DNA from: Nitrospirota bacterium | GTDB taxonomy: Bacteria; Nitrospirota; Nitrospiria; Nitrospirales; Nitrospiraceae | Length of the DNA stretch: 64,000 nucleotides | Assembly: GCA_963701855.1 (NCBI GenBank) | Contig: CAVPBK010000005.1 | Span: 279,729-343,728 of the forward strand | Reading direction: 5' to 3' | Shown here: piece after piece, positions 1 through 9,588 of the stretch | How the letters are laid out: every line of letters starts with the position of its first letter | Position numbering within the stretch: the first letter of the stretch is position 1 | Position numbers and translations under genes: made by a program | Notes under the pieces: generated by a model | Seen by the model: only the letters and a program-made list of their open reading frames with translations | Told to the model about the DNA's origin: nothing | Database searches by the model: none

Positions 1-236
1 CACTGGCGGAACGGGTCAAGCATGTGGTGCAGAGTTCGTTCGATGGGCGCCGGATCGTCATTTTCTCTGGAGGAGCCAAGAGCGAGGATCAGCATGTGTT
101 TGAGGAGGCGCGCGCCATTCGAGACGGCGGGGGGTTCGGCTCCATCATCGGGCGGAACTCGTTTCAGCGGCCTCGCGCGGAGGCGATGAAGTTCCTCCAT
201 ACCATCATGGGGATATATTCCGGAGAAATTCTGTAA
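1..236 (+). CDS. fbaB: Class I fructose-bisphosphate aldolase, C-terminal part (runs off the window start)
   Basis: C-terminal motifs IVIFSGG and GGFGSIIGRNSFQRP are typical of FbaB/DhnA-type aldolases. Confidence 0.8.
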   Translation, partial: LAERVKHVVQSSFDGRRIVIFSGGAKSEDQHVFEEARAIRDGGGFGSIIGRNSFQRPRAEAMKFLHTIMGIYSGEIL

Positions 237-303
237 TGTGCAGGGATGCATCGGTGGTATATGAATTGTTCGAACCACGAGAGATGAAGGGCAAGGGTCA
301 CCT

Positions 304-1821
304 ATGAAACTCGTTCGTGCAGGGCTTGTTCCGCTTGCCTTGGTCACTGGAGGGGTCATTATCGGGATCGTGGTGGCTTCCAACATGGGTTGGTTGCCGA
401 CCGGCACGGCCGGCCCTGAGCCGATTCCCAACCCCATCGCTCGCCCAGTTGCGACTGCGCCGCAGTTGCCGATGGGAGGAGGGAGTGGGAAAAACTTCGT
501 TGAGATCGCGAAATCGGTAAAGCCGGCGGTCGTCAACATTTCGGCGACGAGAAGCGGAAAGCCCGGAGAAGGTCTGCACGGCTCCCCGCACGATGACCCA
601 TTTTTTCGCAAGTTCTTCGGCGATGAACTTTTTAAGCGCGATGCGCCTCAGCGAGAGCCAAAAGAGCGCGGTCAGGGGTCCGGGGTCATTGTGGAGTCCA
701 ATGGTTTGATCGTCACCAATAATCATGTCGTGAACAAGGCCGACGAGATTCGGGTCTTTTTGTCGGACAAACGGGAGTTTAAAGGCAAGCTGATTGGAAC
801 CGATGCGAAGACGGATATTGCGATTGTGAAAATCGAAGCGACAGGGCTCTCAACCATTCCTTGGGCAGACTCCGACCAGCTGGAAGTCGGGGAGTATGTG
901 TTGGCTGTGGGGAGTCCATTCGGGCTCACCCAGACCGTGACCATGGGGATCGTCAGTGCAGTTGGACGAGCCAGCATGGGCATTGCTGAATACGAAGACT
1001 TCATCCAAACCGATGCGGCGATCAATCCGGGAAATTCCGGAGGCGCGTTAGTCAACGTGCGGGGTGAATTGGTTGGGATTAATACGGCGATTTTCAGCCA
1101 AAGCGGCGGCAGCATGGGTATTGGGTTTGCGGTGCCCAGCAATTTGTCGCGCGCCGTCATGGATCAGTTGGTGCGGACGGGCAAGGTCGTCCGCGGCTGG
1201 CTCGGTGTGGCGATCCAAGATTTGACTCCTGAGTTGGCCACACAGTTCGGGATCGCCGATACGAAGGGCGTGCTCGTCAGTGACGTCATGGAGGATAGTC
1301 CTGCGAAGAAGGCGGGGGTCGAGCGCGCAGATGTCATTGTCGAATATGACGGGAAGTCGATGGATTCGCCGACGCATTTGCGGAATGCCGTCGCGCAGAC
1401 TCCGATCGGGAAGAAGGTCTTGGTCAAGTTAATTCGAGACAAGAAGCCCAAGACGATGGAGATTGCCATTGTCGAGCAGCCGAAATCGTTAGGACAGCCA
1501 GGAGCAGAGGAGAGCAGGGAGTCGGCGGTGCCGACTGGTGTTCTCTCGGATATTGATGTCCGCGAGCTCAACGAGGAACTGACTGCTCGTTACGGATTGA
1601 AATCTACCGAGCGTGGGGTAGTGGTAGTCAGGGTCAAGTCTGGAAGCACGGCGGAAGAAATGGGTGTGCGTGAAGGCGATCTGATACTCGAAGTCAATCG
1701 CAAGGCCATAGGCTCGCTCAAGTCCTATGAACAAGCTGCTTCCGGTCTTGCCAAGGATCATGCGGTCCTCTTGTTGCTCAAACGAAAGGGCCAAGCGATC
1801 TACCTCACACTGCGGCCCTAG
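304..1821 (+). CDS. degP: DegP/DegQ-family periplasmic serine protease with two PDZ domains
   Basis: N-terminal hydrophobic segment; TNNHV, DIA and QTDAAINPGNSGG triad motifs; two PDZ domains. Confidence 0.93.
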   Translation: MKLVRAGLVPLALVTGGVIIGIVVASNMGWLPTGTAGPEPIPNPIARPVATAPQLPMGGGSGKNFVEIAKSVKPAVVNISATRSGKPGEGLHGSPHDDPFFRKFFGDELFKRDAPQREPKERGQGSGVIVESNGLIVTNNHVVNKADEIRVFLSDKREFKGKLIGTDAKTDIAIVKIEATGLSTIPWADSDQLEVGEYVLAVGSPFGLTQTVTMGIVSAVGRASMGIAEYEDFIQTDAAINPGNSGGALVNVRGELVGINTAIFSQSGGSMGIGFAVPSNLSRAVMDQLVRTGKVVRGWLGVAIQDLTPELATQFGIADTKGVLVSDVMEDSPAKKAGVERADVIVEYDGKSMDSPTHLRNAVAQTPIGKKVLVKLIRDKKPKTMEIAIVEQPKSLGQPGAEESRESAVPTGVLSDIDVRELNEELTARYGLKSTERGVVVVRVKSGSTAEEMGVREGDLILEVNRKAIGSLKSYEQAASGLAKDHAVLLLLKRKGQAIYLTLRP

Positions 1822-1849
1822 CCAGTTGCGGAAGAATTATCAGGCTTAT

Positions 1850-1925
1850 CGGGTTTGTTTTGTTTATCTGGTTAGCGTTGTTCAACCAAACAAACCAGAC
1901 AAACAGGACAAGCCAAATGAACCAG
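1850..1925. repeat. Intergenic tandem-inverted repeat with ~9-nt units (family A, copy 1)
   Basis: TTTATCTGGTTAG..GTTCAACCAAACAAACCAGACAAACAGGAC; core shared with 3928-4015 and 29131-29174. Confidence 0.7.
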
Positions 1926-1941
1926 GTAGGCGGCCCTGCCT

Positions 1942-2751
1942 ATGACATCGTGTCGAGTCGAACCAATCTTACGTCAAGCCCATTTGGTGGTGGCGCTCGT
2001 GCCGGCTGCCGGCCGTGGGCTTCGGATGGGTGGCTCCGTCCCCAAACAATTTCTGTCGTTGGGTGGTGAGCCACTCATCGTTCAGTCGTTACGGACATTG
2101 CAAGCTTCTTCCGCGATCGACCAGATCGTTCTTGCCGTTCCGCTTCCCGACGTTGAATACTGTGAGAACGAAATCGTTTCGCGGTATCGATTCACCAAAG
2201 TGACGAAAGTGGTGGCGGGCGGTGCAGAGCGCCAGGATTCAGTGCGGTACGCGCTCACTCAGATCCCGTCGGACACAGAGATCGTGCTTATCCATGATGC
2301 GGTGCGGCCTTTTGTGACGCAACGGATGATCGAAGAGGTCGTGGCTGCAGCGAGGAAAGAGGGCGCGGCGATTATTGCACTTCCGATGCGGGATACCGTG
2401 AAGCAGGTACGGACGGATGGGACGATTGAGCGAACGGTCGATCGTACTCCCTTGTGGCTCGCCCAAACTCCGCAGGCATTTCGGCGGGACTTAATCGAGA
2501 CTGCCCACAAGAAAGCGCATGCCGAAGGAATTCGGGCCACCGACGACGCCTTCCTGGTGGAGTGGTTAGGGTATTCCGTGGCGGTGGTGGAAGGAAGCGG
2601 GGAGAATATCAAAGTGACGAGGCCTGAAGACCTGGTCATTGGCGAGGCTATTCTGGCGTCGCGAATCACGGGGAGCGGGACGCGCGAGAAGAGCGTGAAA
2701 AGCGGGACTGGCACGTCTCGCTCTTCGCGCCCGTCACGCAAATCTCGCTGA
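1942..2751 (+). CDS. ispD: 2-C-methyl-D-erythritol 4-phosphate cytidylyltransferase
   Basis: PAAGRGLRMG..PKQFL, IHDAVRPF, AQTPQAF, TDDA, NIKVTRPEDL. Confidence 0.96.
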   Translation: MTSCRVEPILRQAHLVVALVPAAGRGLRMGGSVPKQFLSLGGEPLIVQSLRTLQASSAIDQIVLAVPLPDVEYCENEIVSRYRFTKVTKVVAGGAERQDSVRYALTQIPSDTEIVLIHDAVRPFVTQRMIEEVVAAARKEGAAIIALPMRDTVKQVRTDGTIERTVDRTPLWLAQTPQAFRRDLIETAHKKAHAEGIRATDDAFLVEWLGYSVAVVEGSGENIKVTRPEDLVIGEAILASRITGSGTREKSVKSGTGTSRSSRPSRKSR

Positions 2752-2766
2752 GATAGAGGAGAGCCT

Positions 2767-3255
2767 ATGACAATGCGAATCGGTTGCGGCTACGACATCC
2801 ATCCGTTAGGACCAGGTCGGAAGTTGATTCTCGGCGGGGTCGAGGTGCCCCACAGTAAGGGTTTGATGGGACATTCCGATTCTGATGCCTTGGTCCATGC
2901 CCTCTGCGATGCGCTGCTTGGAGCGATGGGTGAAGGAGATTTAGGCCGGCACTATCCCAGTTCAGATCAGCGGTTCAAGGACATATCGAGTCTGAAGTTG
3001 CTGCAGGATGTCGTCGGGAAGATGCGGGGGAAGGGGTATCGTCTCGTGAACGCCGACACAGTCATTATCGCGCAGGCCCCTCGGCTCAGTTCGCACTTGG
3101 CAGCTATGCAGAAGCAAATGGCGCAGGTGCTCGGGGTCGATCCGGACCTCGTCAACGTCAAGGTGAAGAGCGGAGAGGGAATCGGCATGATCGGTCGGGA
3201 GGAAGGGATTGCCGCCCAGGCGGTCTGTTTGATTGAACGGCCTTCGACAGCTTAA
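2767..3255 (+). CDS. ispF: 2-C-methyl-D-erythritol 2,4-cyclodiphosphate synthase
   Basis: RIGCGYDIH, GHSDSDALVHALCDALLGA, GREEGIAAQAV; follows ispD. Confidence 0.96.
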   Translation: MTMRIGCGYDIHPLGPGRKLILGGVEVPHSKGLMGHSDSDALVHALCDALLGAMGEGDLGRHYPSSDQRFKDISSLKLLQDVVGKMRGKGYRLVNADTVIIAQAPRLSSHLAAMQKQMAQVLGVDPDLVNVKVKSGEGIGMIGREEGIAAQAVCLIERPSTA

Positions 3256-3267
3256 GATAATTCGACT

Positions 3268-3921
3268 ATGGTCCTGAAAGCCATCAGAGAAGATCTCCGG
3301 GCCGTGTTCGACCGAGATCCGGCGGCGACGAGTTGGCTTGAAGTCGTGCTGACCTACGCCGGCTTTCATGCCGTATCGGCCTACCGCGTATCCCATTGGC
3401 TCAAGACCCATCATATCCCGTTTCTTCCCCGCTTCATTTCTCAGACTGCTCGCATTCTGACGGGAATCGAAATCCATCCTTCGGCGACGATTGGTACCGG
3501 GTTCTTCATCGACCATGGAATGGGTGTGGTCATCGGCGAGACGGCAGAGATCGGAGATTATGTGACCCTCTTTCAGGGTGTGACGCTTGGTGGGACGGGG
3601 AAGGAACGAGGGAAACGCCATCCTACGCTTGGCAATCACGTGGTCGTCGGAGCGGGGGCCAAGATTCTCGGCGGTATCACGGTCGGCGACAATGTGAAGA
3701 TCGGCGCCAATTCGGTCGTGCTCAAGAACGTCGTTGCCAATTCCACTGTCATTGGAGTGCCGGCCCGCGTCATTAAAACTCAAGGCGAACGGCTGCCCGA
3801 CGCCACCATGGACCACAGTAACCTGCCGGACCCAGTCAGTGACCGGCTCATGGCACTCGAGCAGGAGTTGATCGAATTGCGCAAGAAGCTGGAAAATCAA
3901 GACTCCCCCCGCCTGCTCTAG
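3268..3921 (+). CDS. cysE: Serine O-acetyltransferase
   Basis: [37 protein letters not shown], hexapeptide repeats. Confidence 0.96.
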   Translation: MVLKAIREDLRAVFDRDPAATSWLEVVLTYAGFHAVSAYRVSHWLKTHHIPFLPRFISQTARILTGIEIHPSATIGTGFFIDHGMGVVIGETAEIGDYVTLFQGVTLGGTGKERGKRHPTLGNHVVVGAGAKILGGITVGDNVKIGANSVVLKNVVANSTVIGVPARVIKTQGERLPDATMDHSNLPDPVSDRLMALEQELIELRKKLENQDSPRLL

Positions 3922-3927
3922 CGAGAC

Positions 3928-4015
3928 GGGTTTATCTGGTCTGTCTGGTTCATCTGGTTAGTTTCGTTCAACCAAACACACGAGACAGACCGAACAGATC
4001 AGATGGACCAGTCAG
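3928..4015. repeat. Intergenic tandem-inverted repeat (family A, copy 2)
   Basis: TTTATCTGG TCTGTCTGG TTCATCTGG TTAG..GTTCAACCAAACA..GACAGACC; lies between convergent cysE and truA. Confidence 0.7.
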
Positions 4016-4027
4016 ACTGGCGGACTG

Positions 4028-4765
4028 CTATTCGTAATCTACGCGCATGAGACAGAGTCCATGAGGAGGGGCGGTTTGGCCTGCTGCAGACCGATTCCGC
4101 GCCCGCAAGACTTCTGTGAGACTGTCGGGAGTGCGTTTGCCCAGCCCCACTTCGACCACCGTTCCCACTATTGCGCGGACCATGTGTTTCAGAAACCTGT
4201 CGGCGTAGGCCTCAATGAGGATCTGATCGTCGTGGCGGATGATCGCGATTCGTTGCAGATGGCAGATGGGATTGTTGTTGTCCGTGAGACTTCCCTCGAA
4301 GGAGGAAAAGTCTTGCGATCCGATCAGCGTCGCTGCTGCCTGTTGCATGGCAGTTTCATTCAGCGGTTTGTAGATGTGCCAGGCGAACGCGCGATCGATG
4401 GTGGGACGGGCTGGACGATGAAGAAGCCGATAGGTGTAGAGCTTGCCTCGTGCATCGTGTTGGGCATGAAAGCGGTCATCCATTAGGGTCGAGGACCGAA
4501 CGGCAATGTCTTTTGGCAGCACGGCATTGAGCGCCCGCATCCAGTTGGAGGCGGGCCAATCCAGGTTTGTGAGGAAACTCGCCACTTGACCTCGCGCATG
4601 CACGCCGGAGTCCGTGCGGCCTGCGCCGATGACGGATACCGTGGCTTGGCTGACCTGCCGAATGGCTTGTTCGATGGCTTCTTGGATCGTGAGGTGATCA
4701 GGTTGGCGCTGCCATCCTGCGTAGCAGGTCCCGTCGTACTCTAAGACTAACTTGACCGTAGGCAT
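4028..4765 (-). CDS. truA: tRNA pseudouridine(38-40) synthase
   Basis: YDGTCYAGWQRQ, AGRTDSGVHA, FLKHMVRAIVG, TAPPHGL; start placed at MPTVKL (4765). Confidence 0.95.
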   Translation of the reverse strand: MPTVKLVLEYDGTCYAGWQRQPDHLTIQEAIEQAIRQVSQATVSVIGAGRTDSGVHARGQVASFLTNLDWPASNWMRALNAVLPKDIAVRSSTLMDDRFHAQHDARGKLYTYRLLHRPARPTIDRAFAWHIYKPLNETAMQQAAATLIGSQDFSSFEGSLTDNNNPICHLQRIAIIRHDDQILIEAYADRFLKHMVRAIVGTVVEVGLGKRTPDSLTEVLRARNRSAAGQTAPPHGLCLMRVDYE

Positions 4766-4793
4766 TGACGTAGGGGTTTGAACAGTGCGGAGG

Positions 4794-6077
4794 TCATCGC
4801 GTGGCGAGCTTCGACGAGGCGAGGAAGGACTTGACACCCTCCATCAGTGCTTCTGCCACGCGTGTGGTGAAGCGGTTGGTTCGGAGCAGGTCTTCTTCGT
4901 CAGCGTTCGAGATATAGGCGATTTCGGCCAGGATACTGGGCATGCTGGTGAATCGGAGCACATAGAAAGGCGCAGTTTTTACTCCATGGTCCACCAAGGT
5001 GTAGTGGTCGTTTAGGTTGGTCACCATGGCTTCCTTAGCGGTCCAGGCAAGTTCAAGAGACTCTTCGATCTTTTTTGCCGTCAGGAGATCGGCGACAAGA
5101 TATTCCCATCCCACGCCGGTGCTGTTGAGAGGGGTTCCATTTTCTCGGGCCGCCACTTCGAGCGCTCGTTGATCCTTGGCCTCTCCGAAGTGGTAAACCT
5201 CAATTCCCTTCACGGAGCGTTGTGGGTGGGAGTTGACATGGATCGACACGAACAGATCCGCCTCCTGTCCATTGGCAAATTTCGCACGGTCTTCCAACTC
5301 GACGAACTGGTCCCGCTCACGGGTCATGAGGACACGGACTCCAGGTTGCCGGCTCAAGAGATCGCGAAGCTTCAACGCAACTTTCAGTGTAATGTCTTTT
5401 TCTTCCGTCCCGCGTTGCCCACGTGCCCCAGGATCTTTCCCGCCGTGCCCTGGATCGATCACGATGGTCTTATAGGATTTGGCTCGCGGCTGAGAAGGCT
5501 GCGGAGGAGTGGGGAGTGGAAGTCCTAGGTCTGGTGTCGATTTAACAGGCGGAGCTGTCAGGAGTTCACGGGGAGGCACTACATCGATGACAAGTCGTGG
5601 AGGGTCCGCCAGCGTGAGCCATTTATAGCTTTTAAATGAACCAGTTGGCAGAGAGACATGTACAGATCGTTCAGATGGCTGGGTAATGATAAATGGTTTG
5701 GCAATCTTGCCAGCTGAAAGCTTCATCTTGGCGGATGTGCTCAAGGTGGCGTTGGGAATCTCGATGGTTACCCCCTCGGCCTGGAATTGGGGATGTTTGC
5801 TGGGACGGACCTTCGTGTCGAGGTCAAGCACAAGCCTCGTCAACTCGGGCGAGCTGGCCGTCCTGAGGTTCTGAATCGTCGTCAGCCCGAGCGGAGTGGG
5901 GACCATGCGTATAGGGGAGGTACGAGACTGTTTAGGCTTGGCGGGAGGCTCCTGATGGGCGGTACTCGTTGCTGCAAATGCCTGATCGGTGTGAAACGGA
6001 ATGAGGGTATGCCCAGAGAGGCCGAAGAGTCCGGCCAGGAAGGTGAGGGTAAGAATGCGCCACAGGGCTGATCGCAT
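4794..6077 (-). CDS. N-acetylmuramoyl-L-alanine amidase (AMIN + Amidase_3 domains, AmiC-like)
   Basis: Signal peptide, PPRLVIDV AMIN motif, IVIDPGHGGKDPGA, FVSIHVN, SILAE. Confidence 0.92.
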   Translation of the reverse strand: MRSALWRILTLTFLAGLFGLSGHTLIPFHTDQAFAATSTAHQEPPAKPKQSRTSPIRMVPTPLGLTTIQNLRTASSPELTRLVLDLDTKVRPSKHPQFQAEGVTIEIPNATLSTSAKMKLSAGKIAKPFIITQPSERSVHVSLPTGSFKSYKWLTLADPPRLVIDVVPPRELLTAPPVKSTPDLGLPLPTPPQPSQPRAKSYKTIVIDPGHGGKDPGARGQRGTEEKDITLKVALKLRDLLSRQPGVRVLMTRERDQFVELEDRAKFANGQEADLFVSIHVNSHPQRSVKGIEVYHFGEAKDQRALEVAARENGTPLNSTGVGWEYLVADLLTAKKIEESLELAWTAKEAMVTNLNDHYTLVDHGVKTAPFYVLRFTSMPSILAEIAYISNADEEDLLRTNRFTTRVAEALMEGVKSFLASSKLATR

Positions 6078-6219
6078 GGGTATTCACGGTATGTGATGGA
6101 ATGGGATGGGATATAGAGTTTTTTCTCAGATGCGTGTGCCGTTGTCAAGAGGATCGGTCGTGCTAACAGCCGACGGAACCGATTGACAGTGAGCAGTGCG
6201 AGCAGTAGGGTTACGGATT

Positions 6220-6753
6220 ATGGCACTCCACCTGATCGTCGATGGGTACAATCTCTTGGCGCTGACAGGTCGGATCGGTGCAGGGACGAGCTTGCATTCC
6301 GAGACGGCACGCGAGTCTTTCCTGCGCGATTTGGCGGCGTATCGTCAACGAAAATCCCATGCGATCACGGTGGTCTTTGACGGATGGCAACAAGGATGGG
6401 GCACAGAACAGCGGGAGCATCGGCTTGGTCTTGAAATTATCTTCTCTCGACGGGGAGAAAAGGCCGATCAGGTGATTCAACGTTTGGCTGCTGAGTTCGG
6501 ATCCGCCTGCGCGGTGGTGAGTTCTGATCGTGAGATCGTCAACGTTGCGACGGCGCAGGGGGCCTTCGTCATGAAAGCCCAGGAGTTTATTGGGAAACTG
6601 CAGGGGCCGTCGAGCTTGAGCCGAGCTTCCCTCCACAAGGAACTGGATACAGGGGAGGATCTTCGCCCGAAGCGAGGTCCGGAGAAGCGCGGGAACCCGA
6701 GGAAGTTACCCAAGGCGCTGCGACAGCGCAACCGGCAGCTCAAGCGATTTTGA
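6220..6753 (+). CDS. NYN-domain (YacP/Rae1-like) ribonuclease
   Basis: LIVDGYNL, VVFDG, ADQVI, VVSSD. Confidence 0.85.
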   Translation: MALHLIVDGYNLLALTGRIGAGTSLHSETARESFLRDLAAYRQRKSHAITVVFDGWQQGWGTEQREHRLGLEIIFSRRGEKADQVIQRLAAEFGSACAVVSSDREIVNVATAQGAFVMKAQEFIGKLQGPSSLSRASLHKELDTGEDLRPKRGPEKRGNPRKLPKALRQRNRQLKRF

Positions 6754-7519
6754 ACAGTCGTTTCGCGTTCTCGGTCGTAATGCGTCCGATGGTGTCGACC
6801 GACATGCCCGGTGCATCGGCATGAAGCTCCGCCAGTTTTTTCGCGACAAAGGACACGTAAGCCGGCTCGTTTCGTCTGCCTCGATGAGGGATGGGAGTCA
6901 GATACGGGCAGTCGGTTTCGATCAGGAGGCGGTCTAACGGAGCAGTCTTGGCGATATCTCGGAGCATTGTCGCGTTTTGAAACGTGAGAATACCGGAGAA
7001 CGAGAGGTAGAACCCTAAGTCCAGCGCATCCTTTGCCAGCCACGCATCCCCTGAGAAGCAGTGAAAAACCCCGCCGATTTCTGACGCGCGCTCCTCTTTC
7101 AAAATTGCAATCGTATCATCTTGGGCCTCTCGCGTGTGAATGATCACCGGGAGTTTCAGCTCGCGTGCAAGTTGGATCTGTTCGCGAAATCGCTCGCGCT
7201 GTTCCTTCGGTGATGAATGATTGTAGTGGTAGTCAAGGCCGATCTCCCCATAGGCGACCACTTTTTTGTTCTGTGCTAGCCGGCGGAAATCGTCGTACCA
7301 GTTATCGAGGATATGCTTCACTTCATGCGGATGGACGCCGAGGGAGGCATAGACGAACGGGTATTGCTCTGCCAGTGCGATCGCCGCCTGGCTGGTTGCC
7401 AGATCGCAGCCGATGGTGACGAAGGCTTCGACGCCGGCTTCCCGGGCGCGGGCAATCATCGCCTCGCGATCCTCATTGTAGCGGGCATCGTCCAGATGGG
7501 TATGCGTATCGAAGAGCAT
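6740..7519 (-). CDS. tatD: TatD-family metal-dependent nuclease
   Basis: DTHTHL, GVHPH, GEIGLDY, IIHTRE, HCFSG, ETDCPYL. Confidence 0.95.
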   Translation of the reverse strand: MLFDTHTHLDDARYNEDREAMIARAREAGVEAFVTIGCDLATSQAAIALAEQYPFVYASLGVHPHEVKHILDNWYDDFRRLAQNKKVVAYGEIGLDYHYNHSSPKEQRERFREQIQLARELKLPVIIHTREAQDDTIAILKEERASEIGGVFHCFSGDAWLAKDALDLGFYLSFSGILTFQNATMLRDIAKTAPLDRLLIETDCPYLTPIPHRGRRNEPAYVSFVAKKLAELHADAPGMSVDTIGRITTENAKRLFKIA

Positions 7520-7708
7520 TGCAAACGGATACTAGCACGGGCCTCAACTCTTGAGAAAGCATCTGCGGCTTATATCGTGCACAGAATAGCGGTCTGCCCG
7601 ACGGACGACTGTGAAGAATACCCATCCTTCGAATGCAAGCGCTTCTATGGCTGATGGATGAGCTTGTGTCTCGGAGGGTAGAGAGGTGTACCCGATTCCA
7701 AAGGGGGG

Positions 7709-7751
7709 TTGACATAGATAGGCCAGGACCTGTATTGATACTAATTATCAA
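7709..7751 (+). promoter_or_regulatory. Sigma70-type promoter region with Fur box
   Basis: TTGACA at 7709-7714; TGATACT-A-ATTATCA at 7736-7750 matches 13/14 positions of the Fur 7-1-7 consensus TGATAAT-N-ATTATCA; upstream of the iron-uptake genes; -10 element not clear-cut. Confidence 0.85.
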
Positions 7752-7797
7752 ATTCAGAAATTCGCCGGTACTGCCAGTCACATAAGGCATTCGGCAA

Positions 7798-7860
7798 GAG
7801 GCCAGAGCACTTCGAGTCCAGAGCCCAGGGTCGCCAATCGGCGACTGTGGGCTTTTTTAT
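7798..7860 (+). promoter_or_regulatory. Leader attenuator element L1 (GAG-N-CC boxes plus intrinsic terminator hairpin)
   Basis: GAGGCC-AGAGCA-cttc-GAGTCC-AGAGCC; stem AGCCCAgGGTCGCC / AATC / GGCGACTgTGGGCT followed by T6; homologous to L2 and L3. Confidence 0.8.
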
Positions 7861-7876
7861 TGTGATGAGGGGCGAT

Positions 7877-8935
7877 GTGAACGGGTTCCAAGACAACTCC
7901 CAAATGCTGTTCCGTCTTGATGCGGAGGAATCAAGGCTTCGAGGGGAAAGTGCTGTTGCATGGCAGCAAATCTGTCGGCGGTTTCCGGTTCATAGGCAAC
8001 CGGGGCATGGAGTCATCGTATCGCCATTTCAAGAGCAGTCATCTCCAATTACTCAACAAACAATATTTCGCTCACACAGTAAAGGCAGGGAGCATGCAGG
8101 TAAGCAGAGAAAGCTTCTAGGGTGGAACATATCAGTGTTGCTCCATGGTCTTGTCCTGACTGTTGTGACGGTGCTCAATCTTCACATGACTTCTCCACGA
8201 GTGACGCCACAGAAGGAGGCGTTCCATTGGGATGTGTCGCTCGTTTCGGTCCCCAAGACTGAACCCGTCGTTGCTGATGGAGTGCCGTCGCAAGAGGCTT
8301 TTCAGGCTGAAGAGATCTATCCTGAGGAAACGGGAGTCCGAGAGGTCGACTCATCGACTCAATCAGTAGAGTCGCTGCAGCAGATAGCGATCGTACAGAC
8401 TATGTCATCGCCTGATAGAGCGCATCAACTCTTGTTTCCTCCAGAAAACAGGTCTCAGACGACAGAAGTATCCAGTAGGGCAACAACGATGTCCGTTGCC
8501 AGGCCCGTCGCGTCTATCTTGCCCCCTCCTGAAGTCGAGAACCAGACAGATTCGAAATTATTTCAACTTGAGACGGAATTGGAAAATCCTACTGTGCTGC
8601 AACGCCCCCAAAGCATGACTCGAACTCCATTTAGCAAGACCATTCTCCCCGATTATGCATGGTTGATGGATACGCTACGAACGAAGCTCGAGCGTGTCAA
8701 AACCTATCCAGCATTGGCAAAAGCCAACCATTGGCAGGGGCGTGTGGTCGTTCAGGTCCATATTGAAAGGGATGGCCGCATTGCGAATTCGGAAATCGAA
8801 GAGAGTTCGGGACATGCGGTGTTGGATCGTGCGGCGCTGGAGGCCCTACAAGGCGTGTCGCCATTGATGCTCGCGCATGAACTGAATGGTAGTCCTGTCG
8901 TCATGTTGGTTCCCTTCAACTATCAACTCGAGTAA
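7877..8935 (+). CDS. tonB: TonB-family energy transducer (start uncertain)
   Basis: TM segment with SVLLH motif; C-terminal YPALAK..QGRVVVQVHIERDG..ESSGHAVLDRAAL TonB_C domain. Confidence 0.85.
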   Translation: MNGFQDNSQMLFRLDAEESRLRGESAVAWQQICRRFPVHRQPGHGVIVSPFQEQSSPITQQTIFRSHSKGREHAGKQRKLLGWNISVLLHGLVLTVVTVLNLHMTSPRVTPQKEAFHWDVSLVSVPKTEPVVADGVPSQEAFQAEEIYPEETGVREVDSSTQSVESLQQIAIVQTMSSPDRAHQLLFPPENRSQTTEVSSRATTMSVARPVASILPPPEVENQTDSKLFQLETELENPTVLQRPQSMTRTPFSKTILPDYAWLMDTLRTKLERVKTYPALAKANHWQGRVVVQVHIERDGRIANSEIEESSGHAVLDRAALEALQGVSPLMLAHELNGSPVVMLVPFNYQLE

Positions 8936-8940
8936 ATCTT

Positions 8941-9477
8941 ATGCATGATCAGCGTCTTGTGCTCGAAACCTCGCTCTTTTATCAGTACTCCGGCGAACTG
9001 CTACGATTTCTGACTGCCAAACTAGGTTGCAGAGAACAGGCTGCTGATGTGGTGCAGGACACGTTCGTCCGTATCCGCTGCCTGAAAGATTTGGCAGCCG
9101 TCGACCAGCCGCGCGCATTTCTTTACAAGACTGCGCTAAATCTCACGGTCGATCTGTTTCGACGGCAACGAGTCCGCGCCGAACGGATTGTCCAGCTTGA
9201 GGCGACCGAGGAAGTGCCATCCACGATACCGAGCCAGGACGTCGAGGTCGAGGCAAAAGAGCGTGTTCGACTTCTGTACGACGCGATCGCGGATCTCCCG
9301 CCCAAATGTCGACAGGTCTTTCTGCTCCATAAGTTCATGGATATTTCGCATGCGGAGATCGCCGCTCGTCTCGGGATTTCAAAGAACATGGTGGAAAAGC
9401 ATGTGATGAAAGCCATGTCTCGGTGCCGGGAACGAGTTGAAGGCCTCGGGGACAACGGACACATCGATCCCTCATAG
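8941..9477 (+). CDS. fecI: FecI-like ECF sigma factor
   Basis: AADVVQDTF, PRAFLYKTALNL, LPPKCRQVFLL..SHAEIAARLGISKNMVEKH; adjacent to fecR. Confidence 0.93.
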   Translation: MHDQRLVLETSLFYQYSGELLRFLTAKLGCREQAADVVQDTFVRIRCLKDLAAVDQPRAFLYKTALNLTVDLFRRQRVRAERIVQLEATEEVPSTIPSQDVEVEAKERVRLLYDAIADLPPKCRQVFLLHKFMDISHAEIAARLGISKNMVEKHVMKAMSRCRERVEGLGDNGHIDPS

Positions 9478-9509
9478 AGTGTCACTATATATATCAGCGA
9501 CACACGGAG

Positions 9510-9534
9510 TCAGGTTTCTTCGGACTCTTGCGTC
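9510..9534 (+). promoter_or_regulatory. Putative FecI-type ECF promoter P1 (upstream of fecR)
   Basis: TCAGGTTT-N8-TCTTGCGTC; identical spacing in three copies. Confidence 0.65.
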
Positions 9535-9588
9535 ATACGACAGGGGAGCAGGAACTGGATAGGGTGATCTTTGCTTACAGGTTGAGAA

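Noticed and set aside
7798..7860. L1-L3 as ordinary gene-end terminators or known riboswitches
   Set aside because: L1 and L3 lie between a promoter and the first gene, and all three share conserved upstream boxes. I recognise no cobalamin, TPP, SAM or FMN signature, but Rfam was not searched.
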